From the NCBI GenBank assembly GCA_002633005.1, contig NMRA01000146.1, forward strand, positions 493,981 to 557,980: DNA of 64,000 nucleotides, given 5' to 3'. The stretch is from Phoronis australis (Eukaryota > Animalia > Phoronida). Made by a program: the position numbers and the translations under genes. The stretch's first letter is position 1. Each line of letters opens with the position of its first letter. This document shows positions 38,096-50,689 of the stretch, piece by piece. A model generated the notes under the pieces. The model did not search any database and was not told the origin of the DNA. It saw only the letters and a list, made by a program, of their open reading frames with translations.

Positions 38096-40431
38096 GTGAT
38101 TTTGCCTTAGAAAGTTGGTAGTCTTGCTATTAAAGCACCTCGAAGACTAATTAGCAGTTAGAACCCAATGTGCATGAAGTTATATTTTGAACTGAGTTCC
38201 AAAGTTTATATGCTGTATATTGTTTGTCTGCTGAGACGTCATGGAAAAACATGAGCTACAATAAAATACTTGTCGTGTATTTATGGACTTCATACTAAAA
38301 GCAGCCTTTATCATCCTCACTTCTTTCACATGACCTCTGCAGTGGATCATGTTTCCAACATGAGGCATGTATATAGTCAAGGAACAGCTGATCACCTGGA
38401 ACAGGATACATGTACGTTTGCCCTCTGGAGGACTGGGAAGTAATATGAATTCACTCTTTAGACTTCTCACATCTAGTCACACACACTTATTCAAGTACGT
38501 TCCTCTGTGTCTCCCACTGCTCAGGTGAAGTATCTTCTCACTGGTAGCTGGTTCCATGTTGTCAGCCCCCATTGCTACTCGAAAGTCTCCCATTTTTCAC
38601 TTGTGTCAATCACAGCAAAATGCGCGCAGATAGCAAAATGATAACATTAGCCAGCCATACCACTTCAAAAGTGAAGTTATTGGGACACTGGCGGCTGACC
38701 AGTGGTTTTGCATTTGCCTGTAATTGCCAATGAATCTTTCACCTTGACACTGTCCTCCGCTTTCAACGCCCTGCATCAAAACCACTTGAAGATTCCTAAA
38801 GAAATGTTTGTTCAGACACACTCCACAGCTAACCCACAGTAAGCATCGTTGTAAACAGGACAGTCACAGATAAAAATGTTATGAAAATGATTTGTCGGCG
38901 GTGTTTCTTTTCGTTTTTAGCAGTGCAAATAAGATTACTGAGCTTTGTAAAACCAGTGAGCTTTGAATTTCGACTCTCGCAAAAGGTGTCATGCCAAAAC
39001 TACTGCTATTTGTGTAGTAAGTATCCTAATTCCATGACTATGAGCACTTTTTAGAAATAAAGTAGTGTACCCTCGGTGCCTAGAAAATACAAAATTTGAT
39101 GAATGATAAATTGATTCGCCGTTTGCTGGCCAAATATTAACAAATGTTCACGTTTTGTTGACGTTTGTCGGCATTACTCATTGTGGTGAAATGGCGTAAC
39201 CACCAGTCATTTTTTACTTCAAATGACATGAAATCCGTTCGCGCCAGGAAATTTTTTTGTCTTATTTTGTAGACCTAAAATAGCTCAACACACTGGTTGG
39301 CACTAAAATGTTCTGAAACCTGTGCCAGCTGAGATATCGGGATACGAATTTAGCCAATTTTGACAGTTTCAAAAATCCCTAAAAGTACTCATCTTATGCG
39401 GCTCTAAAAATAGACAAAAATTATTGAAATCTTTTAAATTTTCATGAATAAAGTAGTCGAAGGTGACACCTGATCAATAACACAGGTTCAATATTTCAAC
39501 GTTACTTCCACTGCGTAACGTAACTGTCGGAATTTTACTAAAATTTAACTACCGCCAGGCTGAAAACTTGTCGGAAACAAATAGTATCCATGGAAACCAA
39601 AAGGGGGCGTTTTGAAAAAAAATAAAGTTGGTCTGGAGTCAGTGGGGCCAATGTCATCTCACAAACAAAATATAAAGAGAATCTGTGACATAGCGTTTAT
39701 CACCCTCTGCCTGGTCTATTCGCGAACATGCTCTTAAGACTATGGTATAGCCTACATAAACAGTAAATCACATCTAACTTGCTGTCGCAAAAGTTTTGTG
39801 TGATGCCAAATACATGAAGGACTGTCATTTGCCATGCCAAAAGTCACCACTTGTAGCGTGGTCCCGAGACCAGTCAGGCGAGGTTAATACACTATATGTA
39901 TCACAAATAAACAGTTCTTCTTATACACCTTCTAAGTTATATAAAAACACCCCTTTGAATATATTCTGTACAAAACGTATCAAAAAACTTTAGCCTATTA
40001 CTTAATATCATATCAAAAATGTGACAATCTCCTCACTAGTAACTTGCAAGATCTCACTTAAAACGAGGCATTCAGAGCCCAAAACTACACATCTTTCAAC
40101 TGGTTTAAGTAACAATATAGACACATTCAATTCTTAAAGGAGGTCAAACTTAACGAAAATGAGCAGTACCCTCTTTGAATAGACTTTTCAAAATTAAGTT
40201 GCCCTAACAGACAATGTGCAATGTAGTTGTATACGTGTACATGTGATTTGAATTCCTGTCAGCAACTCGTTTTGTTTTACCAATTTAACATCACTGATTC
40301 AATATTTTGTAAAAGGTAAAATGTAAAGTTACAAAATAGCAAGCTAAGCAACTTACATGTTTGATATTTGTTTGTATATGTAAGAACTATAAAGTGATGA
40401 TAACGAAAGCCCCCATCTGGTCTTATAAGCG

Positions 40432-40598
40432 CTAAAAAGTCCACAGCGGCAGAGTCCATACTGCGGAACTAGTCATTCCTATGATATCATTCCCAGCTGC
40501 ATGGAGAGTACCGTTATTTCTATCATTGCAGCCATATCCACCGCAACATTCATTAGAGCAGCTTGTACTCGCTTTGCCAACCTGGCACCCACTTACAC
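40432..40598 (-). CDS. Probable last exon of a GPI-anchored Ly6/uPAR (three-finger)-type protein
   Basis: Acceptor TTTACCCAG|, then (x)VSGCQVGKASTSCSNECCGGYGCNDRNNG...SSAVWTLPLWTF*. The CC-x4-CN motif is followed by a spacer and a hydrophobic tail. Upstream exons were not securely located. Confidence 0.65.
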
Positions 40599-40906
40599 CT
40601 GGGTAAAGATTAAACAAGTAGAAAAAGTGTTTTGAACAAAAACCCAACCTGGGCAAAATCCCATGACTTAAATACTAAGAGATGAGCAAACGGTCTCCTT
40701 CTTCAAAATTCACAAAATTTCTGGGCGCAACTTATATTAGGATTAAGTCTAAAAAAGGCACCCGATATTTTGGAAAAGTTCTGATATTGTACAAATTCAT
40801 TTGACTATGGCAAAACACAAACACATATGGTTTTGAGATTGCGCAGTCCTAGTTCCGCTTTTTATGATAAAAACAAGAAATTAAATTTTAATTTGGACTC
40901 CATTAT

Positions 40907-42461
40907 AGGAGAATGCCACCCGATTTAATTAATCTTTTTTGCCGTCTTAATCGGTCTATATCCACATCGCCTCATATACGGTCGTCCTTACCTTGCCAAT
41001 AGATGTCGCGTTAACCTGTGAGGAATGTGAGAAAAGACGCTAGCAACGTCACTGGTTCATATGCAGAGTGAATGTCGCTACGTTGCGGTGCATCGTTCCC
41101 ACTTGTCGGACTCAAGGTAGTGAACAATGAAATGTACGCTGTAAATAGCAAGTATGAGGCCGTAAAACATCTCCGTGTCTGTGGCCTGCAGTCGACAGTG
41201 CCTGACGAAAGACGGCTTACCAAATAAATCAATACGTTCCGTTTTGTCTGAGCTTGTTCACGGCGCCTCTCTAGTATTTCTTCATAACTGTATTCATGTT
41301 CGAATTGATAGCCTGTCGGGACTGATGAGCTCTAGCTTGTCGGGATTGCGAGTTGCCATGTTGGCGTTTATTACTGAGCGTTCTGTTTCAAAATGAATTA
41401 TTCTCACCCTAACCAACTGAAACAAAGTCTGCCTCATTAGATGCAATTTTTAATGCCTTTGGAGTGTTAGTGAGTGCTAATGATTTGGGAAGCCAGCAAT
41501 GAATAAATCACTGCGTTACCAGCTTTAGGTGCAATGAAACTAATTTACGGGACACCGAGGCCGTGTGAGCTCATGCTAATTTAGTGTTTGCTGGCAGAAA
41601 CTGTTGTGAAACAACTCGATTTCCATCGCACTGCTAGGTGTTAAGGGAATCTTTATTTACGTTTACATTACTCAAATAATGATTGTCAATGATCAACTTC
41701 TGCCCTGACGGTGCTGTGGCCAAGGCGGACCCGAGTGAATTCGCGGCCCCGACGAGTAAGTAGATTTGGAGTTTCGTGGCTAATTCACCAACATTATTAC
41801 GTGCACATTACTTTGGCTCACTAGTATAGTATTTTCTTGACTCGAAATTTAGTTTCCACTGAAGTTTGGCTGGTTTATTTTCGTGATGTCTGATCAGTTT
41901 CCGAGCCACTGCCCGGGATAACTCAAGACAATCCGGCCGGCCGCGACGGGCCTGATCGGTCACCAAGCCTCTGGCCAGGATAACAAGCGTTTAGTGTTTA
42001 GAACTCAAAAAATCTAAGTCTAAACAACACTAGGTTCTCCTGTCTGTATCTCACGGAAAATACTTCAAAATTATCTCCGAACAAACCCCTAACTCTTGCT
42101 GCGGACCTTATTAGCCTGCCAAATTTGTAGCCTACGGTGTGTCCAAATACCAATAAATCCGTAAGAGCGAAACAAAACAACACGTTTTTATAAGAACGCG
42201 GTGTATTTTTAAGGGTTTTACATCGAAGTTTGATGATTTATTGGTGTTAAACGATGACTTCAAGCGATAAGCTGACACCAGTAACCCGTGTTGTGAGAAG
42301 TGCTGAACAGACTGTGTTTGAAGCCAATGACGTCATTGGATGATTTCAACACCTCCGTCTGCCGTCAGGTGTCAGGTATCGCAACCGTACGTGTCGTTAT
42401 AGAGTAGAACTACTCGATCTAAATTGATACAAATTACTTTGTTTTTGGGTGGCATGCTCCT
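40907..42461 (-). mobile_element. Non-autonomous Kolobok-type DNA transposon, copy 2 (inverted relative to copy 1)
   Basis: TTAT|AGGAGAATGCCACC ... GGGTGGCATGCTCCT|TTAA. Colinear reverse-complement similarity to 20914-22536 (compare ORF-track peptides 21190+ and 41998-). Confidence 0.8.
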
Positions 42462-42483
42462 TTAATCAACTCATATCAAAATT

Positions 42484-42790
42484 CCCGGGGAAGGGCACTC
42501 AATGCTATGGGCATGGCAGGGACGGGCCACCCATATGGCGGTATTTTCAGTGTTTTGTTACAAGTTTTGGGTATTTTTTATAAATTTGATGTAAACTCTG
42601 GTGTCATTTCACATTAAATTGTTATGAAAATAGCCTAGCCAAATTTTGACCAATAGGTATATACAAAGGGTACCATTTCACCTCTTGGGGTAAACATGCG
42701 TTGCATTTTCCACTTTGAAGAAGTAAAAGCATGGGATCCGATTTGGAAGCCCGGGCCACACCCCCTACCCTAAAAAGATGATTGAGACCA
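42484..42790. mobile_element. Possible CCCGG-ended (EnSpm-like) MITE relic
   Basis: Starts CCCGGGGAAGGGCACTC. An internal CACACCCCCTACCCTAAAA..TTGAG resembles the other end of this MITE class. Right terminus not intact. Confidence 0.35.
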
Positions 42791-45345
42791 ACCAAACGTT
42801 TCAAAGCATAGGATGATAAAGTCTAAACGTTGTTTCTTTCAGACATTTAAAGCACACGGTTTAAGTGAGTGATTTGTGAGTACAGTTTAAACTGGAATAT
42901 TTCTAGTATACCACGAAATGTACGCATAATTGTCTAAATTGCAGGTACATTGTACATTTTCGTAGTCACAGTCTTTAACTGAAGGCAAAGGCAAAGGCGG
43001 CAAAGTCACGCCACTTCGGTCACAGAATCCAGAAGGGTGATCCCCAAATAAAAGAGTGTGATTAAGTTTATTTCAGAAATTGTGAGCTCAACTTCCCATC
43101 TGATGATCGATGATGAGTTCAAATACACTTTTGAGGGAAAGAACGGTGAATTTGGTGACAACTGCAGGTTGCCTGATCGAATAAGTCTTGCGGTCAATTT
43201 CAAAGTCCAGCAAGTGATTTAATGTACTCTTGACGAATAAATCAACAATCGCTAAAATGCGACTAATTGTCAAGAAATTTAAACGAATTAGAAATCGAAC
43301 TCAAAAGCCAAAATAATATTTTGGTTTTTTATGTTCGAAAATATTTTTGGAGCAACTATTGAATAATCTGAAATTAACTAAAAGTACATCGTGATAACAA
43401 CGTGTTGAGAGTATAGATTATGTTGAAATTCGCCCACAGAAGACTTTCGCGAGTTTTACGGACACAATCAACTAACGAAATCAATATACATGTAATATAC
43501 AGCGTAACTTACTTTTGGTGATTGTCAGTTTTTAATAAACATATGCCAAAAATTAGAAAGAACTTGAGCATGTTTTACTCAAATTTTGAGGCAACTGATA
43601 GAAAATTTGAAAGCTTTTCTGATAGTGCATATTGAAGTCTGTTTTCAACTCCGGTATATCTGTTTTACACCGGGGCTCTTGTTTCGATGGAACACCCTGT
43701 CTTTTATTGACTTATACACTCCGAAACCCTATAGTCGTCCGCCTAAGCATAAAACCGGCTTGTTGTCTTACTCACCCAATTATTCCACTTCAAAGTTATG
43801 ATCTGAATAGGACTTGATTTAACTCTCACAAATATATAGTATTCGTTGATTCAAACGTTTTCTTTTACTTAAGCCGAGTTGTTCAACTGTGCATTGGTTT
43901 TCGGCAGCCATTTTATAATGACACCTATGGTCGTCATGTGCTGCCGCCTTTTGAAAGGACAGAAAACCACACAGAAAAAGGCCAAGAAAATAGTGGAAAG
44001 TGGTTTACAGCAACTCTACTTCAACCACAAACTGTTTTACTGGTATGATATCGATTTTTAAATCGATTAAAATTGATTTAGAATTTCAGTTCTGGAAAAT
44101 AAATCACAATTGTTTTATTCCAGGCAGACCTTACTTATTTTGTATTTGTGACCTCTTTATTTGACTTTTTGCTCTTGTTGTTCTTAACATCACTTATCTC
44201 TGCTGTCCTTCTTTTTCTTTTCAGTTTCTCTTCATTCTCTGTTAACACCTTGTCAGCCAAAACAGGACTGTAAGCCTTTGAGACTTGGTCGGCTGAAGTT
44301 GATCATTGAACCTCGATACAATTGTTCTAATAAATTACCCATAATTGTATTGTTTGATTTTTTCTCATCTTTAACAGGCTTCTGCATTCATAAATAAATA
44401 AATAAATACCCAAGTTGCATTTGAATTTTATTGCTCAATCTCTTCTTTTATTTTTGATTATGTCATGCTGTGTTGTATGTAACAAATGCAATATAGTGAA
44501 ATAAAGTCAATGTTTTACTTTATTGGTGGCCATTCTCTAGCAATTCAAGTATTTTAATTTTCTTCAAATAAATTCAAAATGCTTTAACCAAAATTTTCAA
44601 CATTAATGTTGAGTTCAGTACTGTGTTTTGCAATAAAAAAACAAGTGAACAATATTTTGATGACCAAGGCGTGGGCCGAAACTGTTAAGCACCCAGCGTG
44701 TTCCATTTGTCTGCTGCGTTTTTCCTTTGGCCTAACAGAACAATCCCTGGGTTGCTTTTTGTTCCGTCTGAAGAAAATTTAATTTCGAAAATATCTTCTG
44801 AAAATGAACAAAAAAGTGCATTAGTAAAATCAACAAGTTTTTAAGTGGTCTCAAAAAAAACAGTCGGTAAATGCATTAATTTTAGTCTCAGTTCTTCCAC
44901 GCGTGTTTCTCCCGAGAGGTTAGTACCTAACGTGCAGACGAGTGTTCCAAATTGGAACGCTAAGTCCCGCGTGGCAGCGCTGCACGCGAAACAAGATGGC
45001 GGACGACCTTTGGAGACTGACGACGAGAGGTAATCGGACTATATGTGTATATAGAACTGCAATTTGTTGGTCTCTCACATCCGCGTTAGAGATACTGTAG
45101 CAGTTGTGTATAATTGGCACCAAATTTACGTACAGTGTTTACTTATTCAATAGTTCGAGGATTTGTTTTGGGACACAATCAAAGGCAAGGTGGCACTGGG
45201 AAGGTCATTTTTCGAATTAAGCTTGCGGAAACCTAGTCCTGGGGTCATTTGAACAAACCAGTTTAAGTTAGGTTTGTGAATGGAACTCCTCAATCTGCAA
45301 TTCGAGATTGGTTACTGGACGCGACTTGCCGTTTTTTTGACTTAC

Positions 45346-45414
45346 CTGCACGTGAGGTTTTCTGACATGATTTCTGTCTCTTATTGACTGGTTCCTGAAT
45401 GCAGTTCCACTGAG
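45346..45414 (-). other. Candidate 69-bp exon (phase 1-1)
   Basis: CTTATAG|CTCAGTGG...CGTGCAG|GTAAGT with a consensus donor. Open reading QWNCIQEPVNKRQKSCQKTSRA. Confidence 0.3.
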
Positions 45415-45428
45415 CTATAAGTTAATGT

Positions 45429-45550
45429 ACGACCGGCAGCCGCCCGCAGTGCCGACTCATAAGGCGATCCCACAGCCGACACTTCAGCCGACCCTTTAGC
45501 CGACCGGCCATCAGCCGACCACCTGGTCGGCTGTTATTTTTAGGCTAGAG
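45429..45550. repeat. GCCGAC subterminal motif array (EnSpm/CACTA-like end)
   Basis: Multiple GCCGAC copies closing with inverted GGTCGGCT. A similar array lies at 50271-50438. Confidence 0.5.
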
Positions 45551-47013
45551 TAGCAGATGCGTAATAGGTTGTCAGGCTCATACCACTTTGCGTGTCGATG
45601 CATATTCGTCTTAGCACAGGGTCAAATAAATTAACCTAGTTTTGCTGTCTCGGTTACATGAGTTCACGTCGGTTGTGTAACACCACTACTTCGAAGGTTG
45701 AAGGCAAGCGGCATTAGTAAACATTGGATTATGGACAATGCAACAAGTTTTGGATGAAAAACGTGAAAGTTTTCTTTACATTTGATCTTTAATTTGACTT
45801 CTGATGTTAACAAATTGTATTAGATCGGTTGCTTCCCGGTCAATACAACGCTGTATAGTCATTTTGTAAACGCGGCTGTTTTTCGCAGTCTTCGCTCACA
45901 ATTGATTTTGTTTGTGTAACGCCAAACTGCGTCATTTTTGCGTGTTTTAAGTTATTCACCGGTCTCCTATAACGCGCCCATGATGAAGGGTTAGTGAGTG
46001 AGTTGTTACACCGCGAAGAGTTCTCACTCCGGGGATTTTATTTTCATAGCATTGACCCGGCGAAACTCACAATCCAGTATGCCCTAAACCCATGGACTTC
46101 GACGGCTCTAACTTCGAAATCATACTATGGTTACGGTTGCCACGAACTAAGACGTTGACATCAAACACGGAATGACCACTGTTGAGGCTACAGCCAATTG
46201 TAGCTTTGCGCATTCTGTTTTAATGTATCGGTGACGTTAAAATCTGGGCTAGTTACATGTACACGTAGGCCCCTATCAGTTGGTCGTTCACGTTGTTCCA
46301 AAAATAAATACTTTCTGTCAACAACATATAGACAAATTATGTTAAATAAAACAATTGTGAACGGGAAGATGTGAATACGTGGTGAAGAGGTATTTGTCTC
46401 TACGCGGCATATGTGCGTGAATCTTTGGTAAAGCGATTGCGATGGCAAAAATGATAGAAAATACATCAAGGTGCACTTTTGAAAAGCAAAGCGTCTGGTG
46501 ATATTTATAGCGTATGATCTGGCCACCTCAGGAAGTAAGTGACGCTGAATGAGAAGTGGCATTTACATGTTTGGCTTGTAACGCCACCCCTCCCCGAGTT
46601 TTGCCAATTCCAATCAGTCACCACTCGAGATTTGGTTTCGTTTCAGTCCTAAAATAATAAAATAATTCTTCTGTGCTCAGCTGTAAGAAAAAATACAATT
46701 TTTTGAAATGATGCTCAGTCTTAAAAAGTTTCCATTATGAGAACGCTTTATCAGAAATGCCAAGCACACGGAGCGTTGTAAATAGAGACGTTGGCGTTTC
46801 CGTATATCCACAAAAGTTCTTTGAGCAGTGTTTACAAATTTGTTCATTTCACTTTTCTAACATGACGACTATGGTCAAAACGGTGTTTTAAATAAGTACA
46901 CTTTTGAGGGCATTTTCAAAAAAATATTTTGGTTGATGAATTCACCGAGTCGGTGCCACGGGCAGAAAACGTATCTGTGTACAGAAAGAGTTGCGTTTTC
47001 AAAACATTCAGAG

Positions 47014-47184
47014 CATGAGCTCAAGGACTACCTGAAAAAGAAAATAAAACCGAATACCAAACAGAAACTTGTCCGTTGATCATATAGCTCTTGGAAAACT
47101 GTTACCCCGAAGAAATGTGCAAAATACGAACGTCATTTACGGAAGGTGATTCGTTCCCGGCAGTGGAGCCGCCACGGGATAGTA
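47014..47184 (+). pseudogene. C-terminal fragment of an IS630/Tc1-like transposase
   Basis: HELKDYLKKKIKPNTKQKLVR*SYSSWKTVTPKKCAKYERHLRKVIR...GAATG* matches the segment that follows the NPIE motif in Tc1-like transposases. Confidence 0.7.
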
Positions 47185-50100
47185 AAGACACTGTGATGTG
47201 CAATAGTTAGCTGAATGGAAAGCTGAAGTGGAAAATTCAGAACACACATTTTCTATTCAGGAATTGAAATCTCTGTACAATCAAAAACAATTGACAACCA
47301 GGATTTATTGCGTCAGAAAACTTATCACAACAGGAGATAATTCTTTTCATGCCCGGAGACAATGTGGTCACCCATTATGCAATGATGGCAATCCAGTGTG
47401 TACCTATACATTGGAGCATCTATTGTAGAATGTGGATTAGACGAAAGAAATTCAACCGCATTTCCAAGATAATATGTCTTGTCGGCAAGAGGTTGAACAT
47501 TTAGCCCTTGTTTATACGTACGTATATTACGAACATTATCACTTTGAAGGATCAATGCTTGGGGATGGTGACGAGGTGTTCTGGCGTGTAAAGTTACTGA
47601 CGTGGTCAGTTTTTGAACGTGGCTTATTAAATTTTCAGTTCGGTCGTATTTTATTTTGATCCTGAAGTGAAGAATTGTTGGTCCTCACTTGATATATTAT
47701 AGGTGCTGATGTGATAAATTTCCGTCTTGACGTGGTGAATTTTAGTCTTTATTTGTTTTTTTTAGTCTAGCTTCTGTGTGAAAACAATCGCAATGTATTT
47801 ATTGTTTTAATTCCTGCTTAAGTAAAATTTCTGGTTTTGAGATATTCATTTTTGGTCCTGGAGAGTTAACATGTTTTGCTTGGTTTTAATCTTGTATAGA
47901 AAATATACATTGTTAAATGTTGCAAATTAGGCCTCCCATAAATGTGAGAGAGCAAGTTGTGTAGCAGCGTTTTGTGTAACTTCTTATATAAATCTAGGTG
48001 TCCGTGATTCAGTAATAGTATGAAAAATGAGTAGTTATGACTATGAAAAATGAGTAGTTGTGGATTCTTTTGAAATACTGTATCCTTTGTATATGCCTGG
48101 TGTAGATGGCTCAGTGTGATATTATGTAAGCCTTACATGTATTATCCTCTATGGCTTAACAACTATATATCTTCATTCATGCCTAGAGGTACTCCCCGGA
48201 TCATCAAGCTTGTGTGTGTATGTTTTTATTCTAATGAGGCGTGCTTCGAATATACAATTAGTAATCATACTTTTACAGGGTTCATATCATACGAATTCAT
48301 TAAATCCAGTAAATATTTTTGCAACTGCCAATCTGCATATTAGACATGCATATTGCATCATACCTCATCAGAGTAACGCTTGTTATCAATCATAGTAGAA
48401 ACGTTTATTTTTATCATTGCCACAAGACGTTAACAAACGCAGTCAGTGTCTGTAACTGTTGTGTCTACAATGCTGATGAATTAAAGTCGGTCTATTTCAA
48501 TTTTTATATCACTGATTCATGCCAAAGCTTTGAAATTGCGCCCCCTTAAGAGTTTTGACTTGCCCTGGTGATCTCTAGAATCCGATGCAATAAACTTATA
48601 GAAGTTGTTTTTTAACCAGGGTAATGGAGCTGAAAATGCTGTGCGTTTTCCTTTACGAGAGTGTTCTTTTTGAATCACTGGGTTAATAATTTCTACGCTC
48701 TACATGAAAACACAGACAAGTTTTTTAGGATTACCTGTACCAGGTTACCCCGAAAATATTATTTTCAAAGTTTCACCCCCTGGAGTGTACGCGAAACGCC
48801 AAGATTTGTGTTCTTACGCCAAAGGGCTCGGAAGGCTCTAGCCTTGGTTCGAAGGTGTTTACTAAATTAAATATACAAATTTGCGCCGTTGTGGGTAAAA
48901 ACCGACCGAATAAAATCTTCCTAGAATAATCTAAATTATTTACCAGCGTTTAAAATTTGGTTTTCTACAATTATTCTGCTAAACTTAGGGTATAACCTCT
49001 TGCGTCGACTTTCGACGCAATGAAATATTGCGTCACCTATTAGTCAGTTTATTATTCCCAGATTCTTCAATCAAACGTTCTCCCTCGAGGATGCGTAAAC
49101 GTCAAGACAAATGATCAGAATTGGTTTCACTTCATTATATGTTTTTGGAATTTTGATATCAGTGAACCAAATTTTGCTGAGATGTTGTCACCATATAATG
49201 GGAGATGTCGAAAACACTTTGAAAGTGGCGCGTGTCACGAATGAACTCTTTTCAAAACGACGACATACGTTTTTTCGTTACAAAAGGCAGAGAATTACGC
49301 AAGAAGATTACGTAGGATGTTTTTTCGTTTAAACGGCCGTAACGGGCAACTTGGATGCCAATTGGCTTCCAGAGTATGCATGCAAATTCGCCGGTCTTGA
49401 GCTCATGTTGATACAAACTTTTCGACGAGGTGACAAGCGTACATGTAACTATCCGGGCTGTGTGAAATTTCGAGGTCTGTTTGAGCTCAATACGTAGTGG
49501 CACCTTGCTGTATTTTGAAAATAGTCTTCACAGCTAGCTGGCTAGACAGGAAGGCTCTAGCTTCGAAATTTTTTTACTGCGAAAGTGACAACAATTTCAG
49601 AATGATGATGGATGATGGATTACACGATAAAGTGATCACAGTCTTCCGTTTTCGTGCGCCAATGATTTAATATCGGCGCTATGTTCAAACCATTGTTTAT
49701 ATTGTTCCTAAAATAAACTTGGGTTCTATTGCTGTACCAACATATTAAGAAATTATACGGAAAAAAACAATAATTATCTGTGGTAAAGCCCAATATACAG
49801 CGTGATGAAGTGATGATCAAGAGGAATAACGGATGAGCGCAAATGCGTGCTGCTTGTTGAGCAATCCGCGGCATGAAAACATTTGAGGTCGTAAAATATC
49901 CAGTGTTGTATTCTGATTTTTATGCAATTTTGCTGTAAAATTCAAATTTCGTGCTTGTTTTTATGCACACTGCACTGCATAAAAAGTCTCATATCTAAAG
50001 TTAGAATTTATTTTTCCGCGATATCTCTTAACGTTTGATTTTACCACGCCGTCATTAATTCAACATAAGGTTTTCGCACTTCGTATTTGTAGGTTGATTC

Positions 50101-50264
50101 GACTTTACCTCCATTTAATTGTTGAACAAAATTTGATAAACCGATGTCAAGACCGGAGTTGCCACTGGTAAACGAACAGCGAACAGTTAAATGTTTGTTT
50201 GTCCAAAGTTCACCCGCTAGGTCATAAAATTGTAATTGACGACCAAGGACACGCTTAATTCGAA

Positions 50265-50438
50265 TTGGTCGTCTACGCTAGGCGACCAATTAGCCGACCC
50301 AAGTGCCGACCACAGAGGCGACTAAGCAGACGGCTCCTAGCCGACCGTTGTTAGTCGGCTGCTGGTCGGCTAGACGACCGGTCGACGGCCGGTCGTCGAC
50401 CAATTTCCGACTGGTCGGCCAAAAATTCGTGATGTGTG
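50265..50438. repeat. GCCGAC/GTCGGC array ending in GTGTG (EnSpm/CACTA-like terminus)
   Basis: Dense direct and inverted (G)CCGAC motifs, then AAAAATTCGTGATGTGTG. Confidence 0.5.
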
Positions 50439-50689
50439 CTGAATAAGTTAATGTACGGTGGTGCATTATGCGTCGGGGTCGCGGTTGCCAATCTTCTCGT
50501 TTGAAGTTTTATTCGATTTCGACAACTATCTCTCCCCAGAGTGGTTTCAAAAATTACATTTGACGGGTATGTGTAAATACTGCAGAATGTACCACTGCTC
50601 AAAAATCAAAATACATTACATTAGGGACACAGGTACATTGCACAAATGGATTATTACAGAAACGATAACAAACATTAGGATGAATTATT

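Larger units (their letters stand above)
34863..39733 (+). mobile_element. Sola3-type DNA transposon, degenerate
   Basis: TTAA|GAG ... CTC|TTAA (34859-34862, 39734-39737). Subterminal inverted matches CAGAGGG(G)TGATAAAC.C.ATGTCAC.GATT and ATATCTCAGCTGGCACA (~35273 vs ~39322). GAG termini with a TTAA TSD are the described Sola3 signature. Confidence 0.75.

Noticed and set aside
20914-42461. One giant element with 1.6-kb TIRs (Polinton-like)
   Set aside because: Each arm has its own short TIRs and TTAA-type flanks, and there are no polB, integrase or capsid genes between them.
42990-43273. Short ORFs as upstream exons of the Ly6-type gene
   Set aside because: No Cys pattern or signal peptide, and no convincing splice sites on the minus strand.
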